This document shows, one piece after another, positions 36,701-50,764 of a stretch of 64,000 nt of DNA (position 1 is the stretch's first letter; every line of letters begins with the position of its first letter). Made by a program: the position numbers and the translations under genes. Origin of the DNA: Mesotaenium endlicherianum (lineage: Eukaryota). The stretch spans positions 866,244-930,243 of the forward strand of contig WELA01002258.1 of the NCBI GenBank assembly GCA_009602735.1, given 5' to 3'. The notes under the pieces were generated by a model. The model saw nothing but the letters and a program-made list of their open reading frames with translations. It was not told where the DNA came from and made no database searches.

Positions 36701-39355
36701 TGTAAGGGAAACTGAAGATAAGCTACCTTTTTGAAAAAATTTGCTAAGTGTTGAATGAGGAACTGGTTGAACATGGGAAGCACTGAGTGTGGGATGCCTC
36801 ACCGCATGATGCAAGTGCAGGAAGACCAGGAATGGGTCAGACCCCAACCAGTTTGTCACCGACAAACGTGCAAAGGACGATCAATCCGATCGATCCCCAC
36901 GTGCGACGAGGCACCGACACGTCAACCAAGTCGAAGGCACACGTGCTGAGAAGCCACGCACGCGCCAGGGGTCCGACGCTGTTAGGCACAACAGGGACTC
37001 ATTGCTGAACAACATGAGAGTTGTTAGCGTGCTTTTCAAATAGCCATGATGGTTTTCTTGCATGTAAATCTGAAAATGTGCAAGTCACGAAACAGTGTGG
37101 TTTAGTCCCCCGGCATAGTTCTTCGTGGTGGCGTGCGTCAAGTCCCCGCCCCCGTCGTCCACGTGAGTTCAATCCCACATTCTCCGCAAGCAGCAGGCCT
37201 CTATTGAGGTGTGGGTGGAGGACGCTGCCACCGTCCCATCGAGGAGCTCTCTGTGGCGCTCTTTCAGGGGGGGGCACCTGTCGCAGTGGAGAAGAAAGAG
37301 GCTGACGCACTGTATGACCTGAAGAAGATGGAGAGGGAGCTGGCGGGCGTGGAGCACTGCCAACCTGGCGGGGCTGCAGGATCGCCTCTCGGCCGTCAAC
37401 CCGTTCAGCCTCCTTATACATGAGTTAACTGATTGCATGACTGATGCACGTTCACTCGCATTTGACTTTGGAACGCTAGTTGTGAAGCCTTTTGCTGATT
37501 ATTAGGTAATCAAAAAACCCATAAGATTACTTGATGACGTAGAATCTTTCAATAATTGTTAATCGTCTACTGATAAGTCGATTCATTTCAGTGGTATTGG
37601 AGTTGGTGTCATAGATTCCTTTGTATGGTAAGGACGCGGTATCAGAATAGCAACTCTTAAGATATGGAGGGTCAGGATAATGAGAAGAGGGAGGAAAAAA
37701 TGAAGATGTTAAATTTCGTACTTATGCTGAAGTTCTTGCATCTAAAGAAGCTAGAGAAGCCGAGGAAACGGCGGCGGCCCTCGTTGTAGTAGCACCTCAG
37801 CAAGCAAAAAAAGATCTCATTAAAACAGAGGCCAAACGTTTGGCTAAAGCAGAGAACGAGGCAGATGCTGAAAAGCGGCGTTTGGCTGACAACAACACGG
37901 TTGAAGAAATGATGGTAGAAAGGGCCACTCTCCAAAACCAACCTCTTGATGGAACTACTACTGTACCTTTCACCCAAATAAATAGACAGTTAGGCGAGAT
38001 AGGACTTGCTCATGCAGCAGCAAGAGGAAATGCCAAATCTGCTGCTGAGCAATTGAACGATGCTGCTGCTGCTATTGCTGGATTGCAACCTCAGAATGTT
38101 GATGTGGGTGCATTGTTGCGTTCAAACGCAGTCTCAGATGACATTGATGTATCAGTCTCAACAGGAGGACTAGAGGATTATGATAGCGTTCATGCATAAG
38201 AAAGATTAACTGGGGTTTCACACTACTGGTGGTGGCAGGGGGCCTAGCAGGCTCAAGCCAAAGTCACCTCAGGACTATGACCCCGAGGAAAGCAAAAAGA
38301 ATTCCATGACAAAGTTTCTCGGTGATGTTGAGCAGTGGCTGGAGAATTAACCAGATAAGCAAGATTTTGGAATATTTAGACACACCGGTGCTCTGTTGAA
38401 AGGCAGCACAGCAGACTGGTGGCTTCTCTACAAAGGAGGGTGTAAAGCTAAACAACTCGGTGACCCTACATGGGAAGAGTTCCGTTGAGCAATTGCATAA
38501 GAAATTAGATGTCATCAATCAAATGGAGAAAGCTATCTATGAAATGATCTGCTTGTCATTGAAGCAAATTACTTCAGTTGGTGAGTATGCAAAGAAATTC
38601 CAGGAAAATGTGATGAAGTAGCTTGCATTGTCAAAGCTACATCGAATTGCATACTTCCAGTTTGGCTTGAAGTCTGAGGTCTCGAGTCAATTTGCTAAGA
38701 AGAAGTATAAGAAGCTGGCTCATTTGATCCAAGATATTGATGCTTGGGATCAACGGGAATTCAACCATAACTTGGCACCCACCAGTGTCTCTCCTCTTGT
38801 CCTGTATGGATGGCAAATGAAGCAAAAAGAAAGGTTTCCAGGAGGATGCAAGTTGCTGAATACAATGGAGTTTGTCTAAAGCTCGAATTACAAGAAAGAC
38901 ATAATGTTTTGCTTGTTGCTCAAAGAGTTACCTCTTTAATTTGAGAAAAGAGTAAGCCCACCGGAGCACCCTACCGCTGCGATAATTGTTGCTCAGTATG
39001 ATGGTGTTTTTAACATGCCCCCAGGAATGCCCCTTAAAAGGGAGGTAGATCATAAGATTGATTTGGTACCCGGAGGCAGCCTCCGTGGCAGCGTACGCAT
39101 GGCTCGTCCTATGTTGAGAGTGAGGAGACAAAAACACAAATTCAAGAGTTGAGGAAAAGAGTTACATATCTCCTAGTAAGTCCCCTTATGGCGCACCCAT
39201 TCTATTCGTTCTGAAGAAGGATGGCAGAATGCGAATGTGTGTGGACTACAAACCTAAAACTAGAATCACGGTAAAGAATTAATGTGCTTTACCTAGGATT
39301 GAGGATCTGCTTGATACAGTGTCTGGAGCTAAAGTGTTATATAAAATTGACCTTA
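36701..39355 (+). mobile_element. Decayed Ty3/gypsy element related to 44721-52828 (5' LTR 36701-37590, PBS, gag and RT remnants)
   Basis: TGTAAG...ATTCATTTCA, then GTGGTATTGGAGT. The gag start ATGGTAAGGAC and PKPK...DYDP region are homologous to the 45501 gag. A deletion at ~38770 removes the gag end and protease. RT remnant [10 protein letters not shown]...RMCVDY...KIDL. Confidence 0.85.
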
Positions 39356-39547
39356 ATACTAAATAGCCCGGAGGTTTCTAGATGGACCAACGGTCACTTT
39401 CTAGACCAACTACTTGGCCCTCTGATATGTGGTTGGAATTTCATACTACTCATTTGTTTATTGTGAAATTAATCTCGAACGATAGCTTACGTCGCAAGGA
39501 ACCTGGCATAAAATCAAGAGATCAAAACAACCAAGTATGGGGCCGGG

Positions 39548-39816
39548 GGCCCCCAACACATCCCAAAACTTGCCACCTCTTTTTAGAATAATGTACACAT
39601 GTTCTTTTGACTTAAAAATGGCACATTTGACTTTTGCCACATGGAGTTCTTCTAGGTCCTTCCTCTAACTTCGAGAATGCCTCAGAAGGTTCAAAGGACA
39701 TGAACCAAGTCACTAGAGTATCTATTCACACTTGACTCCACACAATACTACTCCAAATATAATCAAAAGCATCAAAAATATATGCAAACTAATACATTAT
39801 AACTCAAATCATTACA
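39548..39816 (-). repeat. Inverted partial LTR of the 55154-61833 family
   Basis: The reverse complement begins TGTAATGATTTGAG at 39816 and matches the first ~265 bp of the 55154 LTR. Confidence 0.9.
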
Positions 39817-41680
39817 TGGGTACATTGCTGGATATGTCCACTGCTTACCACCCGCAATCAGATGGACAAAAAGAGCGTATAAATCGTACTCTCAAGACCT
39901 CTCTAAAGGCCTACGTGTCTACTCTGGAGCAAGACTGGAACATGTACTTGACACCCTTGAAGTTTGCCTACAACAACACGACGCAGGCCTCTACCCACGA
40001 GTCCCCATTCTTCCTCAACTATGGCTTCCATCCGACCACGCCACTGAGCTTCACGGCTGGCCACAATGAAGTACCTGCAGCGGCATATTTTTTGGAGACA
40101 TTAGAAGTAGCCCTTACAGCAGCCACAAAAGCTCTACAACACGCGCAAGATGCTCAAGCAAAAATGGCAAACAAGGCTAGAAGAGAAATTACATACAAAG
40201 TGGGCGACGCAATGTTACTATCATCCAATAACATTTCCTTTAAAAACAAGCCTGCCGGCAGCAAGATCTCTCCCAAGTATTTGGGACCCTTCAAGATAAT
40301 CCAACAAGTCAATCCATTTGCTTTCAAGCTAGAGCTTCCCCAGACTATGCACATCGACCCCGTGTTCCACGCTTTGCTCTTCAAGCGATATGAACAACCC
40401 GACAACAAGTTCCCCAGACGTGTGACAACCCCACCACCCCCAACAATAGTGGATGATCATTTGGAGTATGAAGTTGAAGACATATTGGCTATGAGAAATT
40501 TCAAGAGGCAACAACATTGTTTCATTAAGTAGAAAGAATATCCACATTCAGATAATAGTTGGGTAGCGGCGCACTACCTTGACAAAGTTCAGAGAAAGCT
40601 GAGACGCTTTCATGCCGCCAACCCCCACCTAGGACCAGCCACAAGTTTTCCTACTAGTAGTCCAAAGACTTCAAGGAGGCAGCTTGCCACCATCAAGAAG
40701 CAGCAAAAGACCCCTTGGAGGCAGCCAGCAAGAACCAGAAAAAGGAAAAATTGACATTAGACACTCTTCTCTTCTCGCAATTTTTGGATAGAAAACTAAA
40801 ACTGCTATTGCTCATAAGTCTGTGCATATTAAATTCTGAAATTTTACCTGGCTGTAGTCCATGAGTAGTTGGTCATTTAGAGTCCAAGTTTGCTCAATTT
40901 GGAGCAGTTCTGTAGACGCTATGATTTTTTGAATCCGTAGCAGGTTCTGGGCCAACTTGTACTATTTTCCTTATCATTAAGGAGTAGGCTAGCCAATAAG
41001 GTCACAACACCCACGACCTTGCCTAGTCTACTTTACGTGTGTAGCACCTGACTTGGCGCTTTTGACTAGTCCTCTTCACAAGTGTGGCACCTGACTTGAA
41101 CGTGTTGACTAGTCTGCTCCACATGTGTAAGACCTGACTTGACGCGCCGAGACGTCGCTTTTTCGGTGGGGGGAGTGATGTAGTGATTTGAGTTTTAATA
41201 TTTTAGTTTGCTTTTATGTTAATGCTTTTGAATATACTTTAAGTAGTATTGTGTGGATTCAAGTGTGAATAGATACTCTAGTGACTTGGTTCATGTCTTT
41301 TGCACCTTCAAAGGCATTTTTGAAGTTAGAGGAAGGACCTAGAAGAAATCCATGTGGCAAAAGTCAAATGTGCCATTTTCGGGTCAAAAGAACATGTGTA
41401 CATTTTTCTAGAAAGAGGTGGCAAGTTTTGGGATGTGTTGGGTGCCAACACATCAACATGCACCTTCCTAGACATTACTTATGTAGCAAGTATATAAACA
41501 AGAGCTAGAACATAAGAAGGCATTCGAAAATCACTCTTGTTCTTGCCAAGTTTGAGAAGTATATCAACTTTCTAGAAACCATCTCTCTTTCAAGAAAATA
41601 CCACTTGTGTTTAAAGATCGTAGTCTTGAATAGATGAAGTATTCTACTTATTAGGTACTTTATTTATGTGTTTCACTACA
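39817..41680 (+). mobile_element. 3' fragment of the 55154-61833 chromovirus family (integrase C-terminus, chromodomain, PPT, 3' LTR 41179-41680)
   Basis: [11 protein letters not shown]...GPF...HPVFH-like...EYEVEDI, collinear with 59625-61833. Stop codon in the chromodomain. LTR TGTAGTGA...TCACTACA. Confidence 0.92.
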
Positions 41681-42760
41681 TGTGGCGAAACTTGCGCTGG
41701 CTACGCTATGGAGGGTCCTAATATGTGGGTACGATGGATGTAAGGGATTGGAAAACTCCATCATATATATGTAGACATCCAAACACTCACCCGAATTAAG
41801 AGGCTCGGGCAAGGATAATGAAAAGAGTGGAACAAGTCATTAGAGGAAGAGCGAGGGCAAGTCACGACGTGGGGGGCGCAACTTGCGCTTGCATAGCTAT
41901 GGAGAGTGCCATATTTAGGGGATGGTGGATGTAAGGAGTTGGAATTCTCCATAACAAATACGTGAAGACATCTAAACACTCACCCCAATTAAGAGGCATT
42001 GGCAAGGATAGTAAAAAGAGAGGTACAAGTTATTAGAGGAGAAGCGAGGGCAAGTCACAACATGGAGCGCAACTTGCGCTCGCATAGCTATGGAGGGTGC
42101 CATTTTGAGAGGATGATGGATGTAAAGGGATGGAATGCAATATATGTCATGACATACAAACACTCAACCCATTTACAAGGCATCGAAATAATAGTGAAAA
42201 GACTGGTACAAGTGACTAGAGAACCAGCGAGGGCAGGTAATGTCATCGAGCGCAACTTGCGCTCGCCTAGCTATGGAGGGTGGCATTTTGAGGGGAGGAT
42301 GGATGTAAAAGGTTGGAATACTCCATAATATATATGTGACGATAAGCTAACACTCACCCCATTTAAGAGGCTTTCGCGAGGATAGTCAAAAGAGTGGGAC
42401 AAGTCATTGGAGGAAGAAGCGTGGGCGAGCACGACATCGAGCGCAACTTGCGCTCGCATAGCTATGGAGGGTGCCGCTTTGAGAGGATGATGGATGTGAA
42501 GGGTAGGAATACTCTTTATATATATGAAAAGACATCCAAACACGCACCCCAATTAAGAGGCTTTGGCAAGGATAGTCAAAAGAGTCATACAAGTGAGTAG
42601 AGGGAGCAAGGGAGAGTAAACAACAAAGAGCATAATTTGCGCACGACAAGCTATGGAGGGTGCCATTTTTAAGGAATGATATATAAGAGGTAGATATACA
42701 ATGTAATATATATGTAAAGACATCCAAATACTCAAGCATAGACAAAAAGTGGCATAAGTG
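41681..42760. repeat. Tandem array of ~190-bp units (about 6 copies)
   Basis: The anchor GCTATGGA recurs at 41705, 41896, 42087, 42270, 42461 and 42650. Confidence 0.9.
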
Positions 42761-45500
42761 AGTAGAGGGAGACGAGAGCGAGTCGACGACACAAAGGGCT
42801 CGTTCATAGTAAAACCAGTAACAAGCCGATACAGCGTGTCTTGGGGGCAAGTCAAAGACAAGAGTGACAAGTGCACTAAGCAAGATCTAGGAGGTTGATA
42901 TATTAATGGATGATGGATTTGACGGGTGCGCATACTCACCGGTGCATACTTAACGAAGTCCAGAAAGTCCCCATTTACAATCAATTGGCTTGGATGATCA
43001 ACGAAAGGACAAGGAGATACATAGGTCCTAGAGGCAAGGGAATGAAATGGGAATAAAAGAACGCTCATCTCCCTATGGGGCTATGGAGGAAATTGATAAA
43101 AAGAATTGGAGCCAAATGGGTGGCCAAACGACGCGATGAGCGCAAATTCAGCTCTTTCATGAATGGAATCTGTAAAAAATATTGAGAGGGAAATAGGGAG
43201 TTGAGATTCAGTGTAAATCCCATAGAAGGGCATGTTATCTATAACAATTACCAAAAGTTATGAAAAAACGTAGGAACAAAAGCAAATCATTAGGGCCGCT
43301 TAGCAACGGATTTTCCTTAGTGTTTGTCAAATTGTCCTTTTCAAAATATTCGTGAGAAAGCCAGATCATTCTCATCTGACGTGTCGGGCCGATTTGACGT
43401 CCACATGCATGCATAGAAATATCTAGAATATACTAACTTAGGCGCGCTAGGCTAAATCGAAACTTCTAGGTAAATCGACCTAGTCGGCACTCCGCGTCTG
43501 CCGAACTTACGTGAAGGTTCCAGTTCACTCTAACGGGCCAGACCGCTCGACGCTGTCGGTCAGTCCGACGGTCGCGCTCACCGCGAATTAAGGACAGTCG
43601 TCAACAGACCTCAAAACTAATTAATTTTCGGAAATCCTTAACTCTCTCAATACTTAACCAAATTCGATGAACTTTGTATCAAAATGACCAAAAAAACACA
43701 CTCTAGACTTCTAAGCAATCAAAACATACTTTCATGAAACTCAAAAATGCAATCTATGAACCTATGACCTTATCATATTGTGAATTTGTTTTGTGTTAAT
43801 AATGTGCAGCAATGTGCACCAATTTGAATCATAATGACCAATTAAAAACAAGAATATAAACCTTGTTAGACAATCATTTTGAATCGGACGGCGGCTATAA
43901 TGTCATTGTTAGTCAAAATAGTGTGCAAAATCCAGAAACATTGACTGTTGACGATCAAAGGTTTAGATCCAAACGGATCCAATTGACGAAAAAAGAAAGC
44001 AAAGACCAAAAGGAACTACGAGGAAAATTGGTATCCAAAAAGCGGAAGAAGCAAGGCGAAGCAAGAAGTGAGAAGAACCAAGAAGAAGGCCTCTTCTTTT
44101 ATCATTTTGGCAAATTTTACAGGCATGGCTAAACCTCCGGACGTTGTGGTGCTCGAAAACTTTGGCGAACGAACCAGAATTTTAGTACCAAGCTAGTTCT
44201 GGGGTAATAGGTGGGCTAGAGTATCTTTTGGGGAGGGTTACGATGAAATTTATTTGTTGGGAAGGGTGAATCAAGAGGTGAAGAGGAAGGATAAGGAATC
44301 TGAATGGAAGGTCTTGTTTGAGTTTGACAGAGACTGTAAAATTTGGAACGCGATAGTTATCAGGTCGTACCTACCTAAAGTACTCGAGATTCGGTGGCAA
44401 ACTTTAAAAACAGGAGTTAGAATTAGCAAAACCACTGCAAATACACCACAATTTGCTGCAGAGGAAATGGATGAGTTAAATTTATTGCTGGAAACTTGGG
44501 CTGCAAATCACAGGACTCAATTGAAGAAGCAAAGGGAATTAGAGACTCAGGGGCTAGCAAACCAACAGGCGGGAGCAAGCACATCTGGAGGCAGGCAGGG
44601 TGAAAATGAGCAGGAGCATGAAGAGGAGAAGGAGGAGGAGGAGGAGGAGGAGGAGGAGGCGGAGTTTGATGAGGAGGAGGATGATGAAGACTTTGTAGAG
44701 GAGGAGGAGGAGGAGGAGGATGTAATGAATCAGTATATTAGTAGATATAATATTCATTTAAATATAATAGTTAATTTAGTTCAGCCTGCTGAACTTCAGT
44801 TAATAGTCAGTCTGCTGAACTTTAGTTAATAATCAGTCTGCTGGACTTTACATAATTATCAGTTTAATGACTCGGCCAAAAGCAGCAGGCTGAAGTCAAT
44901 TTAAGTCAGCTTGCTGACACATTCTTTGACAGCCAGCTGACTTCCGTGCTCGGTAGCAGCGAACTGCCTTGATATGCATCTAAGTACCACCTGCTAGATG
45001 AATGGCCAGATGACATCCCCATGATGGATGGCTATTCGGGATGATGGGAGATGGCGGTGGATTTGGTTAACCGAGGTCCTACCAACGTGGTTAACTCCCG
45101 GGTAGGCGGTGCCATCGCACTGACCGTTGAACAGTAAACTCATTCCATGTACATATGCTAGGCATTGCTCTCGAGTTCGGCATTCGGAAACGAGGCCAAC
45201 TCTCCTGTAGAGCTTACTGAGAGTCATCTGAATCCAAGGCGAGAAGCCATTGATACGCACTGTTTTCTAACCTTGCTTATGTATGAGTTTACTGATTTGC
45301 AATATTGATGCTAGTTTACTCGCATTTGACTTACGAGTATTATTCACTGCTAGTGTATTGTCCTTTGCCGTTTAACCAGTTAACGGAAATTACCATAAAG
45401 ATTACTTGCTGATATAAAGATCTTTATTAATTGTTAATCGCCTATTTGGTAAGTCGATTCATTTCAGTGGTATCGGAGCAGTTATCACAGTCTTCTTTGT

Positions 45501-46979
45501 ATGGTAAGGACAAGGTCTCAAACTAGCAACTCCCGAGACATGGAGAACCAGGATAACGAGAATGTCGAAAACCAGGCGGAAAGCCATGTAGCGGGAAACC
45601 GTACCTATTCGGAAGCAGTAGCGGATACTGCAGCTAGGGAGGCTGCAGATGAGGCAGCTGCTATTGCCTCAGTCGCAGCTCAGCAAGCTGAGGAGGAGAT
45701 AGCCAGACTAGAAGCTGAACAAGTAGCAAAGGCCGCTGAAGATATACAAAGGAGGGAAGGACAGCCAGCTGACGAGCGCACTGTTGAAGAACTTATGGCA
45801 TCAAGGGCCAATGTTCTGAACCCACCTCCTGCCGTACAACTCAATGTACCCCTAGGTCAAATACGTGACCGGCTGAATGCGGCAGGAATTGCTGCTGCAG
45901 GAGCAAGAGGGATTGTTGAGGACACTACTCAGCGAGTAGATGCCAATGCTGCTGCTGCATTTGCTAATCTACCACCCCAAAATGTAGACTTGGGAGCATT
46001 GTTCGTTCAGATGCAGTCGCAAATGGCGACCATGTATCAGTCCCAGCAGGAGGACAAAAGAATCATAATGTCCCTACTCCGGGACAGAGACCAACTGGGG
46101 TCTCACACCACTAGTGGTGGTGGCCGAGGGCCTAGTAAGCCCAAGCCGAAACCTCCCCAGGACTATGATCCTGAGGGAAACAGAAAATATTACCTGATCA
46201 AGTTTCTCGCGGATGTTGAGCAGTGGCTGGAGAACTACCCAGAACTGCAAGATTACGAGAAGGTCAGGCACACCGGTGCGCTACTGAAAGGCAGTGCCGC
46301 AGACTGGTGGCTTTACTGGAAGGAAGAGCGTAAGGCTCGGCAACTCGGTGACCCTACGTGGGTAGAGTTTGTCGAGAAGTTGCATGAGAAGTTTGATGTC
46401 ATCAACCAGCAGGAGAAAGCTATCTATGCGATGATCTCCCTGACACTGAAGCAGACCACTTCAGTTGCTGAGTTTGCTCAAAAGTTCCAAGAGAACATGA
46501 TGAAGCAGCCTGATTTGCCAGAACGGTATAGGATAGCATACTTCAGGTATGGCTTGAAATCCGAGGTCTCTGGTCATTTTGCTGAGAAAAAGTATGAGAA
46601 ACTGGCTGACTTGATCCAGGATGCTGACGCCTGGGATCAGCAGCAGTTCAATCACAAGCGCCAGAGTAACGCTTTGGTGTCTAAGATTGTCAAAAAGCCC
46701 CACGGTTCCTACAATGCAGTTGAAGGAGACCAGGCTGAGGATAATCAGGGTGATGAATATGAGTATGAGTACAATGCTATTCAGTCTAGAGGTAGAGGTG
46801 GTCCCTCTCGAGGTGGCTATGGAAGGGGTGGTGGTAGGACTAAGCCGAGACCAGCCTCAGCAAAATCTACTTGCTACCATTGTCAGCAGAAAGGCCACTA
46901 CAGAGAACAGTGTCCGGTCAAGCACCTGCCTAAGGTCGAGAGAAAAGACCAGCCTTTAAAAGACAGCAACAGTCAGTAA
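45501..46979 (+). CDS. gag: Gag (retrotransposon capsid, RGG tract, CCHC)
   Basis: MVRTRS start, [30 protein letters not shown]. Confidence 0.95.
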   Translation: MVRTRSQTSNSRDMENQDNENVENQAESHVAGNRTYSEAVADTAAREAADEAAAIASVAAQQAEEEIARLEAEQVAKAAEDIQRREGQPADERTVEELMASRANVLNPPPAVQLNVPLGQIRDRLNAAGIAAAGARGIVEDTTQRVDANAAAAFANLPPQNVDLGALFVQMQSQMATMYQSQQEDKRIIMSLLRDRDQLGSHTTSGGGRGPSKPKPKPPQDYDPEGNRKYYLIKFLADVEQWLENYPELQDYEKVRHTGALLKGSAADWWLYWKEERKARQLGDPTWVEFVEKLHEKFDVINQQEKAIYAMISLTLKQTTSVAEFAQKFQENMMKQPDLPERYRIAYFRYGLKSEVSGHFAEKKYEKLADLIQDADAWDQQQFNHKRQSNALVSKIVKKPHGSYNAVEGDQAEDNQGDEYEYEYNAIQSRGRGGPSRGGYGRGGGRTKPRPASAKSTCYHCQQKGHYREQCPVKHLPKVERKDQPLKDSNSQ

Positions 46980-49900
46980 TCCAGTCTACTGACTGTGAGG
47001 ATGCTAGAGATAGTGAGTCGTCACTAGCTGCCCTCGTAGCAGGTATTATGGGTCCTGCTGAACTGGATTCACTATGCATGCCTGACAAACAGATAAAGGA
47101 GACCATCAGTAATATAGACGTCCAGAGAGTGCACACTCTGGATGCTCTTGTTCCACCTGATGTCCAACATTTCTTTGCTACGTCAGGAGAACAATGCGAA
47201 AGTCAGGAAAAGACAGTCCCCCCTATCCTACTGCATTGCATGATTGCAGGTAGGAAGGTGAGGGCATTTGTTGACGGAGGGGCGTCACATACTTTTATTC
47301 ACAAGGACTTAGTTAAGCGGCTAAGGCTGCCTACTGTCACCCAAGGGAATAGAAAAATATTCCTTGGAGATGCCTCAAGTATCCCGGGAGGAGTTATAAC
47401 CAAGCCTATTGAGGTCCAGTTAGGTTCTGGCATTGCAGTTCTAACTGAAACGCTTACATTTGAGGTACTCAACACTGGCTTTTATGATCTCGTGCTAGGC
47501 AGGTCCTGGCTTAATAGACATCAAGCTGAAGTGTGTTGGAGCAGAGGTACAGTTAAAGTGAGAGGAGCCAGTGATGGGCAGACTGACTTGGCACCCACCA
47601 GTGCTCTTCCTCTTGTCCTGTGTGGATGGCAAATGAAGGAAAAGAAGAGGCTTCCAGAAGGATGCAAGTTGCTGAATGCAATGGAGTTCGTCAAAAGCTG
47701 GAACCAGAAGGAAGACAGAATGTTCTGTCTGCTGCTAAGAGAGGTACCTCCTCAACCTGAAGAAGTGGTTGAGAAAAAGGTAAGCCCTCCGGAGCACCCT
47801 ACTGCTGCAAAAATTGTTGCTCAGTACACTGATGTGTTTAACATGCCTCCAGGACTACCCCCTAAAAGGGAAGTAGATCATAGGATTGATCTATTACCTG
47901 GTAGCCAGCCACCCTGGCAACGCACTTATGGCTTGTCTTATTTGGAGAGCGAGGAGTTGAAAACACAGATTGCAGAGCTGGAGGAAAATGGTTACATTTC
48001 TCCCAGTAAATCACCGTACGGCGCACCTATCCTATTTGTTAAGAAAAAGGATGGCAGTATGCGGATGTGTGTGGATTACAGAGCCCTGAACAGAATTACA
48101 GTAAAGAACAAGTATGCTTTACCCAGAATCGAGGACTTGCTTGATACCCTGTCTGGCGCTAAGGTGTTCAGTAAGATAGATCTCAAGAGTGGTTATCATC
48201 AAATCAGAATTGCTGAGGGGGATGAACACAAGACTGCTTTCCGCACACGTTATGGACACTATGAGTTCAACGTGATGCCATTTGGACTGACTAATGCTCC
48301 TGCTACCTTTATGGGTGCTATGAATGACATTTTCAGACCTTATTTGGATAAGTTTGTGCAAGTTTTCCTGGATGATATTTTAATTTTCTCTAAAGATGAA
48401 GCTCAGCACACTGAACACTTAAAGAAAGTGCTGGACACTCTGCGGAAAAATCACTTGTATGCTAAAATGAGCAAGTGTGATTTCTTTAAGGAAAGTATTG
48501 AATTCTTAGGCCACGTTGTCAGTAAAGAGGGCATCAGTGTGGATCCTAAGAAAGTCCAGACCATAAGGGACTGGCCAGTACCACAGTCTGTCTCTGAAGT
48601 TAGATCCTTCCTCGGGTTGGCTAACTACTATAGGAGATTTATTGAGAATTATTCCACAAAGGCCAGTAAACTGACTGACCTTACTAAGAAAGACATCGGG
48701 TATGTGTGGGGGGAAGAGCAGCAGGCTGCCTTCCAGACCCTTAAAGATGCCCTTTGTTCTGCCCCAGTGCTAGCCGTGTATGACCCCAGCAAACCGGTGC
48801 AGGTGGTTACTGATGCCTCTGATTTTGCCATGGGTGCTATTTTGTTGCAGCCTGCTGACAAAACCACAAAGGATGGTAAGGTACGGCAGGAGTGGCATCC
48901 TGTGTTGTATGAGTCTATGAAATTTAATCCAGCGGAGATTAATTACTCAGTGCATGATAAAGAGCTGCTAGCTATCATTCATGTACTCAAACAGTGGAGA
49001 GCATACTTACATGGTAAAGCTTTTAAGGTGATTACAGATCATCTAGCTCTGACCCACTTTCAGAAGAAGTCCAAGCTGTCGAGGAGGGAGAACCGCTGGA
49101 GCCAGATGCTGGAGCAGTTCCAAGTCCAGATCGACTACAAACCAGGGAAGTTGAATCCTGCTGATGCACTCTCTAGAAGACCTGACTTGCAAGAAAGGAA
49201 CTTTAGTCAGCATGCTGTAGATAAAGTCCTGTGTGCACTCACTTCACTAAAGGTGAAAAAGTCCTTCCTTGAACAACTTAGGAAAGCCTACCTTTCTGAC
49301 CCAACATTTGAGCCCAGCCCCACTACTGGTGTGTGTCGTGCTACTGCACTCGGGTATAAGCTCAAGGGAGGGGTCTGGGTGACTGAAACCACTTCAGGCA
49401 GGCTGAAGCTGGTCATTCCTAATAACTTGGAAATAAGGTCTCTCTTACTGAGTCAAGCTCATGACAGTCTCCTGGGTGGACATTTGGGGCAGGCCAAAAC
49501 TGTTGGCAAACTGGCAAAACATTATCATTGGGAGGGGTTACCCCGGGAGGTCTTGAAATATGTCAAGTCCTGTGACCAGTGTCAGAGAAATAAGTCTCGG
49601 CACACACCACCCGGAGGTCTCTTGCAACCGCTACCCATCCCAGCGGGACGCTGGGAAACTATATCCATGGACTGGGTGGTCTCACTACCAAGAACTGCCA
49701 ACGGGCATGATTCAATACTGGTAGTCGTGGATAAACTGACAAAAATGGTCATTTTTATCCCCACAACTGTCAAAGTGACTGCACTCGAAACAGCGAGACA
49801 GTTTTACAACCATGTAGTATGCCAACATGGGCTCCCTTCTAATATCATCTCAGACAGAGACTCAAAATTCACCTCTAAGTTCTGGAGAGCTTTAATGGGG

Positions 49901-50764
49901 TTAATGGGAGTCAAACAGCTGCTCAGCACAGCAAACCACCCTCAGACTGATGGGCAGACTGAAAGAACTAACCGAGTTCTGCAGGAGGTGCTGAGAGCAT
50001 ATATTAACCAAAAACAAGATAATTGGGATGACCTGTTGCCTCAAATTCAGTTTGCGGTCAACAGTGCGGTGCACGCGTCAACGGGCAAAACTCCTTTTGA
50101 ACTCAGCCTGGGTAGAGTCCCTAAGTCTCCTCTAGATGTGCTAGGGGAATCTTTAACTCACCCTGAAGGGATTGACAACCCGGTCTCCCTCCAGTTAACT
50201 CAGGAGTTTGCTGACACCCTGTCAGAAGTCCAACGAAACTTGCACACGGCCCAAGAAAACCAACAAAAATACGCTAATCAACACCGTCGGGAACTGACAT
50301 TTTCCAAGGGGGATTTAGTCAAACTGCATTCTCAGCACCTGTACCTCCCTGGTGTGGTCAAGAAAAAGCTTGGCCCTGTCTGGGTCGGTCCATATTCGGT
50401 GGTCCGTCGTGTCGGTCAGAATGCTTACAAACTGAACATGTCAGCTGAATACAAGGGGCACCCGGTCTTTAATGTCTCCTTCCTGGAACCGTACATCAAA
50501 GGTGATACACTGTTCACAGGTCGGTTCCCTGTCCAACCGGGACCGGTCCCCGCTGTCCGGGACGGCGACCCTGAGGAATATGAGGTCGATGAGATTTTAG
50601 ACGCTCGCTCGGTCCGTCGATCGTCTAAATATGTCATGAAATACCTCATTCGATGGAAGGGTTACGATGCCTCTGGGGACACTTGGGAGTTTAAGGACCA
50701 CTTGACCAATGCCAAAGGGGCGTTGACACGGTTCCACCTTCGGGCCGCTGGAGTCCCTCCATAA
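46955..50764 (+). CDS. pol: Pol (PR-RT-RH-IN-chromodomain), -1 frame to gag
   Basis: FVDGGA protease, FLDD RT, TDAS RNase H, HHCC + DDE integrase, GPY motif, chromodomain YEVDEIL...YLIRWKGY...TWE. The frame is open back to the slippery site at 46955. Confidence 0.95.
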   Translation, partial: FKRQQQSVIQSTDCEDARDSESSLAALVAGIMGPAELDSLCMPDKQIKETISNIDVQRVHTLDALVPPDVQHFFATSGEQCESQEKTVPPILLHCMIAGRKVRAFVDGGASHTFIHKDLVKRLRLPTVTQGNRKIFLGDASSIPGGVITKPIEVQLGSGIAVLTETLTFEVLNTGFYDLVLGRSWLNRHQAEVCWSRGTVKVRGASDGQTDLAPTSALPLVLCGWQMKEKKRLPEGCKLLNAMEFVKSWNQKEDRMFCLLLREVPPQPEEVVEKKVSPPEHPTAAKIVAQYTDVFNMPPGLPPKREVDHRIDLLPGSQPPWQRTYGLSYLESEELKTQIAELEENGYISPSKSPYGAPILFVKKKDGSMRMCVDYRALNRITVKNKYALPRIEDLLDTLSGAKVFSKIDLKSGYHQIRIAEGDEHKTAFRTRYGHYEFNVMPFGLTNAPATFMGAMNDIFRPYLDKFVQVFLDDILIFSKDEAQHTEHLKKVLDTLRKNHLYAKMSKCDFFKESIEFLGHVVSKEGISVDPKKVQTIRDWPVPQSVSEVRSFLGLANYYRRFIENYSTKASKLTDLTKKDIGYVWGEEQQAAFQTLKDALCSAPVLAVYDPSKPVQVVTDASDFAMGAILLQPADKTTKDGKVRQEWHPVLYESMKFNPAEINYSVHDKELLAIIHVLKQWRAYLHGKAFKVITDHLALTHFQKKSKLSRRENRWSQMLEQFQVQIDYKPGKLNPADALSRRPDLQERNFSQHAVDKVLCALTSLKVKKSFLEQLRKAYLSDPTFEPSPTTGVCRATALGYKLKGGVWVTETTSGRLKLVIPNNLEIRSLLLSQAHDSLLGGHLGQAKTVGKLAKHYHWEGLPREVLKYVKSCDQCQRNKSRHTPPGGLLQPLPIPAGRWETISMDWVVSLPRTANGHDSILVVVDKLTKMVIFIPTTVKVTALETARQFYNHVVCQHGLPSNIISDRDSKFTSKFWRALMGLMGVKQLLSTANHPQTDGQTERTNRVLQEVLRAYINQKQDNWDDLLPQIQFAVNSAVHASTGKTPFELSLGRVPKSPLDVLGESLTHPEGIDNPVSLQLTQEFADTLSEVQRNLHTAQENQQKYANQHRRELTFSKGDLVKLHSQHLYLPGVVKKKLGPVWVGPYSVVRRVGQNAYKLNMSAEYKGHPVFNVSFLEPYIKGDTLFTGRFPVQPGPVPAVRDGDPEEYEVDEILDARSVRRSSKYVMKYLIRWKGYDASGDTWEFKDHLTNAKGALTRFHLRAAGVPP

